Assembly (NCBI GenBank): GCA_043228905.1
Contig: JBHGNT010000005.1
Coordinates: 10,726,001-10,790,000, forward strand
Source of the DNA: Azolla caroliniana
Lineage: Eukaryota > Plantae > Polypodiophyta
DNA: 64,000 bases
Direction of reading: 5' to 3'
The notes under the pieces are model-generated. The model did not search any database and had not been told where the DNA came from. It saw only the letters and a program-made list of their open reading frames with translations. The translations under genes and the position numbers were made by a program. How positions within the stretch are numbered: position 1 is the stretch's first letter; every line of letters begins with the position of its first letter. Below, piece after piece: positions 46,101 through 58,273 of this stretch.

Positions 46101-47440
46101 GTCGGATATTGGATACGCAGTCGGAGTGGTGAGCCGGTTTATGAGCAATCCCGGCAAGGAGCACTGGAACGCGGTCAAATGGATACTCCGGTACTTGAAG
46201 GGCGCTTCGAATATGTGTCTCCAATTTGGCTCCGGTAAACCTCAACTTGACGGTTTTACCGATTTGGACATGTCAGCTGATGTGGATACTAGCCGGTCTA
46301 CATCTGGGTATGTAATGACATATGCGAGGGGGAGCTGTTTCGTGGCAGTCGAGGCTACAGAAGACGGTTGCATTGTCAACCACGGAGGCGGAGTACATGG
46401 CGGCTGTGGAAGCCAGCAAGGAAATATTATGGATGAAGAACTTCATCGGAGAGCTCGGTATCCGGCAAGATGAATACCGGCTCTATTGCGATAGTCAAAG
46501 TGTCATCCACCTTGCTAAGAACGCAACGTACCATTCCAAGACGAAGCACATCCAGCGTAGGTATCACTGGATCCGGGAGCGAGTAGAAGATCGAGAGTTC
46601 GCGCTAACAAAGATCCACACGGCCGAGAACGGGTCAGATATGCTGACCAAAGTACTGATACCCGAGAAGCTGGATGCATGTCGGAAGCGGATCGGACTAG
46701 TAAGACATCCCATGCCAGAGTGAAGGGGGAGTTTGTTAGGAAACAGGTCCCTCCGGATGGGAAGTGAGAAGAACAGTGTTGATGAGCAAACTCGGCCGAG
46801 GCCGAAACTGGATGTGGTGTACCCGGCAACGGAAGACCCGGTGAGAACCGGATGTGGAGTACCCGGCAACGGAAGACCCAGTGAGAACCGTATGTGGAGT
46901 ACCCGACTACGGAAGACCCGGTGAGAACCGGATGACGAGTACCCCGCAAGAGCCAGATGGTGAAGGCCCAGTGAGAAGTGCTCACCGGATGAAGGGACAT
47001 ATTCGTAAATATGTTTTTTGAGAGTCCATCGGGGCTATATTTGTAAATAGCCGAAAAGTCATATTAGTATAAATATGACTTAGGGCAAACTTAGTTTTTG
47101 TAGTAGTTGTCATTCTTGTTGGTGCAAGATTTGAGTGCGTAACTGTGTACAAAGAGAGAGAGAGAGAGGAAGAGGTTGTTGCCTCTGTTGTAACCACCGC
47201 CTATGGCGAAGATAGCAAGCTCGAGGTCGTTGCCTCGGTGCTTTACTATTGTACATTGTGATATAGTGATAGTTTGCAGTCTGTGGGCTGCCGTGGTTTT
47301 TCCCTAGTTTGGGTTTTCCACGTTAACATCATGTGTACTCTTCTCTTTACTGTGTCGTGCGTTCATTACTCGTTTTCTATGTTTGATCCTAGGCTTGGTT
47401 ATGGCCGAGCGTTGTTCATCGGGAGCGTGTATTCCTTTCA
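43111..47440 (+). mobile_element. Ty1/copia element E (Tnt1/Tork-like) with protease and integrase deleted
   Basis: LTRs 43111-43778 and 46734-47440, TSD AAAAA, PBS 43782-43793, PPT GAAGGGGGAG; gag (43809-) joins RT at about 44700; YVDDML, TKHIQRRYHW. Confidence 0.93.
44816..45561 (+). mobile_element. Solo LTR of an E-family subfamily inserted in the RT of element E
   Basis: TGTTAGGAAACAGG...CCCCTCA, TSD AAAGG; the RT frame resumes as EKG|[17 protein letters not shown]. Confidence 0.92.
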
Positions 47441-47568
47441 AAAAAGAGCACGAATGGGAAAAAGAATTTGAAGCACTGAAAGACGAATTGGTCGTGCAAG
47501 TAGCATTAAAAGAAAAAGAAAAACAATTAAGGAAGAAAAACAAAGGATGGAAGGACTCTGGAGATTAC

Positions 47569-48353
47569 TAGCAATGGGCCCGGTTCAGTTTCGGTTCGGT
47601 TTGGTTTCTTGGCCTTGAAACCAAACCAAACCATTTATTAATAAAAAAAACTAAACCAAACTGCTTTAAAATTTATGAAGCCATTTAAACTGAACCGTTT
47701 AGAGCCGAACCGTTAAACCAAACCGTTTAAAGCATAGGAGAAACCAAACCGTTTACGAAAAATTTAAAACCAAACCAAACCAAACCATTTATTATTGATA
47801 TTAATCATTATACTTATTATATATTTGTGTGAGAAAATCATCATAAATTTATTGATCATACTCATCATAAATTTTGACATCATACTTATTATAAAATTTG
47901 TCATCATACTTATCATAATTTTGGTCATCATACTAATCATAAATTTGATCATCATACTAATCATAAAGTTTATCATCATACTAATCATAAATTTGATTAT
48001 CATACTTATCATAATTGATCATCATAAATTAAAAAGAGACTCTACATATAATACATATAAAATTTAATAAGTTAAAACAAGAGTTTAAAATTAAAAGTTA
48101 AAAGTTATAGCTTATAGAAAATATTTATGAGTATTTTTTAACCTATAAACCTTTAAACCGAACCACATAAACAGAAACCGATAAGCCGCTAAACCGCTAA
48201 ACCGGTCAATTCAAAACCAAACCAAACCAAACCAAAACCGATTAGTAACATTTGAAACCAAACCAAACTGTTTAGTTATCTTTGAACCTATAAACCGTTA
48301 AGCCACAGTTTTTCGGTTCGGTTCGGTTCGAGCCGAAACCGGGCCCATTGCTA
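47569..48353 (-). mobile_element. hAT MITE (785 bp) of the same family as 28661-33331, opposite orientation
   Basis: TIR TAGCAATGGGCCCGGTT, TSD GAGATTAC/GATATTAC, shared subterminal sequence, internal 24-bp AT-rich tandem repeat (47800-48030). Confidence 0.92.
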
Positions 48354-51160
48354 GATATTACAAAGCAACATGGACCAGCTGAAGGAGGAGAAAAACGTTG
48401 GATTGGAGCGTAATCACAAGGAAAGGATTACGAACAGCAATGGCGGCAGTCGCAGACAACAAGAAGGTATGCCTGGCCGTAGCTTGGTGGTTGACAATCT
48501 TAGCACCACCGCCACTGACTATTAAGGACAAGAAAAAGAGGACGACTGAGGTAACTCCCCAACAATCAAAACGGCCCGTCAGGCAACTGGCTGCCAAAAA
48601 AAAACTCTCACAGAGTAAGATCACCCCCAGCTGTCATGAGGGGTGCAATTGCGGAACCGGAAAATACACTTAGAATTAGATTGAAGCAGAAGAACTCAGC
48701 ACAAGCAAAACCGATAGACAATGCCCACCAAGAAACTGCATGGGAAGAAGACGCAGTAGAGGAAGAAGAGAAACCTTTGCAAAGATGCAAGTGAATACAT
48801 CTCGGAAAACGGGCAGGTGACGAGTCGGGTCCACAAGAGGACATTACGTCAGTCTTCATGGAAGCAGTGGGAGCAGGGGCTAGTCGAAAACATGGCACAA
48901 AGGAGTTCCGAAATGGAAGCGTTGGTTTAGCCGAAAAAAGAACCAAAAAAGTTGAGTCAACCAGTTATTCAAGACAACGGCAGGAGGAGAACGAGGGAGC
49001 AAGCCAATTGGATTACTTCACAAAGGGTTGGTCAGCCAAAGAGATAGGGATAATGTGCTAGAACCAACTAGGGGGTCAGGTTCGAAGATGTCGAAAGTTG
49101 TGCATGTGTTCGCAGCAATTACACAATACAGAACCTGCCAACAATTAGTCGAATGGTTGGGGGCGCAAGTCACCATAGCGGTAGCACAAATGGCAGAGGA
49201 GCAACTGGAATGGCTCAGCATACCCACACAAAAGGATAAGTCAGATGAGATGTCCAAGCAATTGGAGGCCAACGGCCGAATTGAAGAACTAGAGGAGTTG
49301 AAGCATGCCAATGAGTTATTGGTTGTACAAGTGGAAATAGGCCAATATAGGACAATTGTGGCGGAACCAAAGAGCCAAGTTTAGGAACAAAGAGAAGTAC
49401 CCATTGCCGGAACTGAACCGGAAAAAGAAAATCTGGTCGCACGGGTAGTTGCGGCGGAGAAGGAAATAAGCAAATTACAAGAAGACATCGCAATGTAAGC
49501 AACGGTGGTTAAGAAAGAGAAACAGTTGTGGGGAATGTCTGAAGAAGAGAAAAAGAAGATGGGGGAAGACTCTGTATGGTTCAAGAAAGTCTGAACCGGA
49601 TGAAGGAAGAGAAGGAGGCGATTTAGCAGGAAAAAGAGAAAATCAAAAGCATAGCCGAAATGGAAATCTAATGGTTGTAGGAGGAACTCCAGCAACAGAA
49701 GGAATGAGATGATCGGTTGCATGCACAGATCCACCGATGATTAAAGGAAAAGCAATCATATTTCAAGAAACTATATCGAGATCACAAGAAGCTGGAGGAG
49801 TTTGACCAACAATGGGAGAAGCTCAAGGAGGCACAGGCAGAAATAAAGGAGAAGAACGAATCATTGATGTCGCAGGAAAAGTTCTTTGAAGAAACAAATG
49901 AGAGAATGAGAGAAGAGGCAACAACGGAGAAGGCGAAGCTGCTTGAAGACCAGGACCGGATGATTGAACGATTTAGAGAAGTGTTGACAAATGTACAGAC
50001 CACGTATCAAACTCAACTAACAACATATGAGGTCCAACCAATAACAACGATGCAATAGATTAAGCGGCTAAAATAGGAAAAATAGGCCATGCAAGAGAAG
50101 ACAAACATGGAGATAAAAAGAATCCAGATAATTGTAGAAAACCGGCGGCAACAGATGAAGGAGAAACTTCAGGAATGTTTGGTTAAGGAATGGTTGGGGC
50201 AAGCGGCAAAACTACAAGGGTTTCGTGCGGATGCGGAGAACTGGAAAAAAACCAGAGATCATTTTTATAAGATGGAGGAAGAAAGCATCATCACAATCCA
50301 GGAGGAGTTATCCGAAGACTTTCAGGTTGTGGCTCAAGTTCAAACTGATGAAATACGGAAAATCTTGGAAGAGTTTGAGGATGATTAGTTGCATTTAACA
50401 TTGGAGTTGGAGGCTTACGAGTTCAGTTGACGAAACAACTGATCCGGGACAACCAAGCCGAATGGATAAATCTTAGTGACGAAGAGAGATCGGAGGAGGA
50501 GCCACTATAGACACACATGGAGCTGGAGCAGGTGAAGAAGCAACCGCATCAATTGGTGGAGCAAAAGACGTGGCAAGGAAGGGCTGAAGATGAGGAACCG
50601 CCACAAACAGCAGAGAATGAATAGCAACATGTTGAAACTCAGCAAGACGGGATGGAGGACGGACAACAAGATATTCTGGGAATATTGGATGAAAGCTAAG
50701 GGCATGTGGGTTCGACGTGCAAGGCACGTTCCCACGAGTGTGCCAAGTGTTACTTGGTGGAGCTAGAATCAGGATAGAGTCAAGAAGAGGAAAGCCGGAA
50801 GGACAAAATAGAGCCGAAGGAAACCCCAGGGAACCGAAATCCAGAAGCAGTGTGAATCGGAGACAGTATGAAGCAGAATCGAGACGAATATTAGAGGATA
50901 TGTAGTAATTAGATATATTAGGAGAAACGAAGCATTGTAATGGAAATAAATTAGAAGAGTTATTATGTTAAGGGGTGATGGATGCGGAAAGATGTGCCAG
51001 AATTTGGACGAATATTAGAGGATATGTAGTAATTAGAATATTAGGAGAAGCGAAGCATTGTAATGGAAATAGATTAGAAGAGTTATTATGTTAAAGGGTG
51101 ATGGATCCGGAAAGATGTGCCGATCCGGATGAACGCCATTTTGTATCTGAACCGACCACC

Positions 51161-51692
51161 TGTCCCATTCTAGAGTCGAACCTCTAACTTTTAACAAAAT
51201 GTACATTGTGTTGTGTTAACCATATGGAAACTCTTGTGAACTATCCACATTCGATTGTAAACTTGTATATATTGTAGAGTCTAGTGTATAGTACATTCAA
51301 GAATATTCTAGTCGTTAGTATATTCTAGACGGGTTTAGGGACCAAGGATGTTTGAATCCCTTGAAAGGGACCAAAGATGTTACAAGTATTTATACAATTT
51401 CCATTTAGAAAATATATCTCGAGAATATACCTTGAATATACCTTGAATTTCCATTTACAAGTATTTGAATCCCTTGAAATATCTCGAGAATATACCCGTT
51501 TAGAATATACCATAGAATCATTCTAGAATATACTAACGATTAGAATATTCTTGAATGTACTATACACTATACTCTACAATATATACAAGTTTACAATCAA
51601 ATGTGGACAGTTCACAAGAGTTTCCATATGGTTAACACAACACAATGTACTGTGTGTGTTAAAAGTCAGAGGTTCGAGTCTAGAATGCGACA
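51161..51692. mobile_element. Foldback/MITE with ~170-bp TIRs, TGT...ACA ends and a 5-bp TSD
   Basis: 51161-51329 is the reverse complement of 51522-51692; flanks CCACC/CTACC. Confidence 0.8.
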
Positions 51693-51999
51693 CTACCTAT
51701 ATAAGGAGTTTGGATAGTATTGTTGAAGACGAAAGTAATATATTATATTTGGAAAATCGGTGTGCTTGTTGTCTCGTGTACTTGAATGTCTAATCTTACT
51801 TGTGCCTGGGAAACTTTGTGATACCTCCACTTATAAGTTATACCCCCAAATCTAGAGGTCCCTTCTAATGATGATGGGTGACTCATGTCCTTCTCTAACC
51901 TTTGCAAGGGGTGGTTAGACACCCTTTCTTCCTTATTTTCTCCTTTCATTTTCTTAATGCTAATTTAAATTCTTACAATCGTGCTGAGCTACAAATTCT

Positions 52000-52810
52000 A
52001 GGCATATGGAGCAGAATTCTACTTAACTTTCATAGTCACAAGGTCAAGAAACCAACAAGTGGCACATGATCGTATCAGGGTGCCCTTTTCTCCCAGTTAG
52101 TCGATATATTTCGAAAATGATACAACTTGTAATTGAAAATGCTTTAGAAAGTTGTGTCTGCAATTGAGTAATTTCAAATGGTGTTCCAACTACAAGAATG
52201 TTATCCACATATAGTGTTACTGCTAAAAATTGATTAGATGTATGATTATGTCTAATTTATATATTTGGTTATGATAACAATGTAGAGTAGTCATGTGAGA
52301 GCATGCAATAGTTAAATTTTTGAAACCATAATCTAGGATATTTTTTGACTCCATAATGGGATTGATGCTGAGAAACATAGTTTGGTTGAGAACATGACTC
52401 AAACCCAAGAGGTTGTGACATGTAGATTTCTTGTGGTAGGTCACCATGTAGGAATGTTATTTTGTACATCCACATGATGTACCTCAAGGTCACGAATGGT
52501 GGTGAGCATCATAAGGAGAACATGACATGTAGATTTCTTCTGGTAGATCACCATACATGAATGTTGTTTGTACATCCAAATGATGTACAAGAATGGTGGT
52601 TAGAACTTAGAACCATAAGGAGAATGTCACATATAGCTTTCTTTTGGTAGATCACCATGTAGAAATGTTGTTTGTACATCCAAATGATGTACCTCAAGGT
52701 CAATAATGGTGGCTAGAGCCATAAGGAGAATGTGCAAAAATGTCTCACAATAGTCAACTCCTTCGCTTGCAAGTAACCATGACCAACAAGTCAAGCTTTG
52801 TAACATACAA
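52000..52810 (-). pseudogene. Highly degenerate copia RT fragment with internal tandem duplications
   Basis: FLHGDLPQEIYMSQPLGF, YGVKKYPRLWFQKF, LYVDNILVVG; the HGDL segment recurs three times at 52420-52740. Confidence 0.7.
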
Positions 52811-55800
52811 TTGTACCATCAATGTGTAGCTCTCTCTTCAACACCCATTTGCATTAGATAGCGGAAGCCTATAAGGAGTGATACTAGAGTTCATGTTTTG
52901 TTCGTAGAGAGAGATTTAAGTTCTTTCTTCATGGTGACTTGCCATTCAACATGATCCGGACTCTATAATGTTAGGATTTTGACACGGGGTACAAGGTTAT
53001 GGCAAACAAGAATGATGGAACAACTTGGAATGCAAATCAGAAATTCGATTAACAAAAACAAGTTGGTAATACAACTGAGAGAGATGGCTAAAGGATGTAA
53101 GGATGCAGAGCACACCAAATAGGTTCCCTAGCTTCCTCTTTATATAGCAAAGGAAGTGGAGGAAAAAAAAATGAGGTAAGCTTTTGAAATACAAAAACTG
53201 AAATACAACTAATGTGAAACTGTTTCCTTTTGCTATTTAGTAATTAACTAAGTAGTTGCTTACTGACATCTAATTAGTTAATTATAACTTCTAACACACA
53301 CCCCCCTTAACACCAACACCACACTTGAGGCCAATGTTTTGATAACATGCCCAGTGTTTGAGAGAAGGGACTAGTTTTTTCAAAAAATCAACCCACATGG
53401 TAAGAGTGGGAGTATAACCGATCTACAAGACGGCATCTTCAAATAATTCACACAAGAAATGATATCTAGCCCAAATATGCTTATTTTGATCAATGATTTT
53501 AGGATTCCGTGAAAACTTGATGCATGATTGGTTATCACACCAAAGTCGAAATTCGGTTATGTGGATGATGTCGAGTTCCGAAAAAATTGACTGTAGCCAA
53601 AGTCCCTCCTTAGCCACCAAAGTAGCCGCAATATATTCTGTTTCGGTGGAGGATAGTGCCACGGTAGCTTGTTTCTTGGTCCTCCATGTAATGGCACCAC
53701 CAGCAAAAGTGAAAACAAAACCAAATGTAGACCGAGATGTGTCCCTGTCACCTCTCCAATCCGCATTTGTCCAACCTTGAAGGACCACCATGTCTCGTTT
53801 AGAGGAGGGAGATAAGGCTTTATAGGTTAGTGTCATATCTCTTGAATATTTCAAGTAGCAGAGGACGTGTTTCAAAGCTTCCCAATGACGAGGGCCAAGG
53901 TTCTCCATAAACCTAGATAAGAATCCCGTAGAATAGGGTAGGTCTGGCCGAGTGCAGCTCACCAAGTATCTTAAACTACCTAGAATATGGCGGTAGGGTA
54001 TACTTTGCATGAAGGATTCTTCTTCATTTGTAGAGGGAGAGTCAGAGGTGGAGAGATGACAAGGGATTGTGAGAGGAGTGGCAGCTGGGGAACAAGTCAT
54101 CATATCATATTTACGCAAGATGTTGTCAACTAATTTGCATTGAGATACTGATAGAGTGCCAAGACTTTGATTCTGGTTGACCTCCAGTCCAAGGAAATAT
54201 TCTAGCTCACCAAGATGTTTGGTGGGAAAAGTTTGTTGTAAGTCGTTGACAAATCGAAGAATGTGCCTTAGAGGTGCCAGCAATAGGAAGGTTATCCACA
54301 TAGACACCCAAAAGAAGAAAATTGTGATCTTTCTTTCGAACATACAAAGTTGGCTCAGACTGTAATTGAACAAAACTATTTGTGAGAAGAAATCTATGAA
54401 GTTTAGCATACCATTGCTTGGGAGACTGCTTTAAACCATATAATGGTTTATGCAATTTGCAAACATAGTTGGGATTTGATTCATCCTTCAAGAGTTGTGG
54501 TTGCTCCATGAAGATTTCTTCCTTCAAATCTCCATGTAAGAAAGTTGTCTCAATATCAACATGATGCAATTCCAAATTTAAGTAGGCAGTGATTGCAAAA
54601 ATAAGACGGAGAGAGGTGAGTTTGAGTGTAGGAGAAAAAGTCTCATGATAATCCACACCAGGAATTTGAGTGAAACCCCTTGCAATAAGTCATGCCTTAA
54701 AGCAAATATTCCCATGGGCATCATATTTCTTTGTAAACAACCACTTACAACTTACCACATTTGAGTTAGGTGGCTTTTGGACAACTCTCCATGTGTGATT
54801 CTTGTATATTGTATCGGCCTCAACTTGTACTGCCTCCGGCCATTTGTCTTTGTATGGGCTTTGTAGAACCTGTCTCAATGTAAGTATAGGAACAAATGCA
54901 ATTGTATCATCTGTAACAATAGATACGAAGCAGTTCTCTATCATATTTGTAGCATCATAGATTTCGCGTAGAGACCGAGTTTTCCCTTTCTTTGTCCGAT
55001 CTTGTGTTGATGTTTCTGTTGTAGTAGATATCGATCATGAGCAAGGTGGTGAGTTTGCCCGAGCATGTGTTGCTTGCTTCCCAAGTATGAATCCCTTCCC
55101 ATATGGTCTTGTACTTGTTTTGATTCTTTGAGCATCCTTAATTGTTGTATCTCCATCAGCAGCATCAGGTTGTAATTCTTGTATAGATGCTCCACCATCC
55201 ATATGTAAGGTTCCGGATGATGATTTACCTTCATCAAATAACCAGTCTTCATCAAATTTAACAGATCTACTATATACCACCTTACCAGTCTGTGAGTTGT
55301 AGATTTTGTATGCTTTCATGCCATTGGAGTCACCATACCCAATGAATCTTCCTTTGAAACACCGATCATCTAGTTTGGATCTGTGGTGCTCATGGACATA
55401 CACATAGGCAACTACACCAAATACTTTAAGATGAGAAACATTAGGTGGATAGCCATACCATAATGTAAAAGGGATTGCATTTCCTAATGCACTGTGTGAA
55501 AATCTGTTTTGCAGGTAGCAAGCAGTGGAGATTGCCTCCTCCCAAAAAGATTGCTCCATGTGGCTAGTTTTCAGCATGCAGCGGCCTGCATTAAGCAAGG
55601 TTCTATTTTTCCTTTCTGCCACACCATTCTGTTGTGGTGTGTACGGGACCATTTTCTGGTGAAGTATACCATTTTCTTGACAAAACTTTTCCCATTCATG
55701 AGAGATATATTCCCCTCCATTGTCACTGCGAAGTATCTTGATGGTGCTTGATGTTTGTTTTTCTGCATATTTTTTATACTTGCAGAATGCTGCAAATGCT

Positions 55801-56744
55801 TGATTTTTTTTCTTAATAAAGCTTACAACTGTGAATCTGGTAGTATGATCTATGAACAAAATGAAATACCTTGCACCTGATAAGGATGGTATCAGGAATG
55901 GTCCACATAGATCTGTATGGACAAGTCGAAGTAGACGCTCTGTCGTTGTACAATTGTCTGTAAATGGTTGGTGTGTCATTTTTCCAAATAGATAGCTTTC
56001 ACACATGAAATATAAATTGAAGATTTTTGTTATGTACACATAACGTTGGTGAGTGTAGGTCACTAATATTTACATTAGTGAAGGGTATGTTCACTATTAT
56101 TAAAAAGGGGACTAATGATTGGATAGAATGAATGATATGTGCATGCACTATCATGATTTAGACAACCAATGAATAGAGAGCCTTTTAGAAAGGCACATCT
56201 ATTCAAGGGGCCTAGGAAAAGGTATAAATATGAGGCTTAGCTACCCTCATAGAGAGCATCACGTCGGAAGGCTGCTGTCGTAGACACCGGTGGTGCGGGC
56301 TAGGCTTTCGTCTCGACGATCGTGTTTATCTCTTCCAAGGTATTAGTCATCCTAATATCCGGCGGTATGGGACGTCGGTGGTAGGTTGGCTATGTCTAGA
56401 TCATAGCTCGGGGGTGGTCGGGTGGAACGGGTTCTTCTATCCAATCTATTTTCTTCCTTTTTACTTGATTTGGTCTATTGATTAGTAATAGACTCTTAAC
56501 AGTGGTATCAGAGCTTTTACTAACAATTTTTTTGTTGTTTTGATGTTTTTTGCGTGTGAGCGAGGGGGATCTAACAAGGCTCGTCATGCTCGTCTCAGGA
56601 TCAAAACAACACTCTAAACCCGGTATTCTTCTTTTTTGATCTCTTCTCTTTTTCTATTATGCGTTCTTTATGGTCGAATCAAATTGGTATTACGTTTTAT
56701 TCTCTTTCTTTCTACCTCCTACTACGCTACGATTTTACTTATTA

Positions 56745-57275
56745 TTATGCATCGGGCCGAGCGTGTTTGCACTAATCGCACACACTCAACTCATGGCCTT
56801 TTGCATATTGCGATATATATCCCACTCTCTCCTCTCTTGAACTCTTACGATAATAATTATTCTTGTGCATTGGGTCGAGCGTGTTTGCTCTAATCGCACA
56901 CGCTTATCTCATGGCCGTTTTGCATATGATGTTGAGTATACCACTCTTCCCCTCTATTGAGCCATCACTTGGCCGATTCTAAGGGATGATGTGGCCTTGA
57001 CGAGGTGTATGTTGCCTACCTATGCCACTCTACTCTCTATTAAGCCATCAATTGGCCGATTCTATGGGATGTTGTGGCCTTGACAAGGTATATGTAGCTT
57101 ACATATGCCACTTTTCTTTTTAATTAGCCATCAATTGGCAGATTCTAAGGGATGATGTGGCCTTGACGAGGTATATGTCACTTACCTATGCCACTTTCCT
57201 CTTTAATTAGCCATTACTTGGCCGATTCTAGGGATATGTGGTGGTCTTGAGGAGGTGCATGTCAACTACCCTAGG
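56745..57275 (+). repeat. Tandem repeats in the chromovirus leader: two of ~118 bp, then four of ~83 bp
   Basis: CGAGCGTGTTTGC..TAATCGCACAC twice; TTGGCCGATTCTAAGGGATGATGTGGCCTTGACGAGGT...ACCTATGCCAC four times. Confidence 0.85.
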
Positions 57276-58273
57276 GTTTCATATCTTAGGGCATGTTTGA
57301 TTCCATACACCTAATTGTTGATTATTCTAATTAAATTTTAATTTCATAAGTATTGTTTCACTTATATGATTTTTTAGTAATTATTATTTACCCGCCCACA
57401 ATTAACTCTCCTTTTTCCACTTCCTTTTCATGTATAAAGTATTTACATCGTTTATTTTAATGTAACCTTTACGTGTAGACTAATTTTTCGTATGGAGTGG
57501 CTTGTTGAACGATTTATTTATTTTTTCAACGGGTCATCTAGGTTTAACTCTTATCATCAAGCCTTAGAAAACGAGTAAAACCATATGAGTTCCCTTATTG
57601 ATGTTTTACTCATGGATTGAGTATTACATCTTTGCGCACAACACCGTCATCACTTGTATCAATTTGTGGCTTATGTCACAATTGTGCAAGTTATAACAAT
57701 CATATTGGGATGTATATGTGCATACCTTGCACTTCCCATTTATTTGTGACATTGTTTTTTTCGTAGGTAACACATGGGTTCTTTTTTTTTTTTACCCTTG
57801 TTTTCGTCACTACTTAACTCTTATGAGTAGTGCCTTATTTTATCATTTTATCATCACGTTTGCTTATTGCTCGCAAGACTAGAATATTACTTGTGAGTGC
57901 ACTTGTTTTTTCACGTAATACACTTTCTCGACCATATAATACATGATGGGTTGGCATTAATATAAGGCTATCTAGGAAATTTCATTGATGTAAGAACCAT
58001 GGTTGAGCCTCGGGGAGCCGCCATGATTACTCAAGATAGAGATCCGAGAAATACATCTTAGCTATGTTTTCCCCCATGGTTTTTAAAACACCATAGTGTT
58101 ACCATAGTTATCGGATCTCGAATCACATCTCATATGTCTAGAGGGGTAAAGACATGAGATACTTTCTTGGATAAAGTTCTTTCAATCAAAATTTCAAGCA
58201 TTCATTTTGCTTGTGTATTTTCTGAACCTCCTTATTTTATTGCATACCCACAGCGTGCATCATCGAACAAGTT

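Larger units (their letters stand above)
42058..51977 (+). mobile_element. 3' part of an old LTR element F: degenerate E/K/Q-rich coiled-coil ORF followed by a putative 3' LTR (50705-51977)
   Basis: Purine-rich stop-riddled frames at 42058-43110, 47446-47568 and 48362-50700; purine tract then TGTGGG at 50705; TATATAAGG at ~51698; ends CTTACA. No second LTR is in the window. Confidence 0.45.

Noticed and set aside
47764-48067. Ile/Met-rich hydrophobic ORFs
   Set aside because: Translation artefacts of a 24-bp tandem repeat inside a MITE.
51121-51145. Possible minus-strand PBS (TGGCGTTCATCC) next to a TGTA terminus
   Set aside because: No tRNA match recognised, and a plus-strand LTR starting at 50705 explains the TATA box and termini better.
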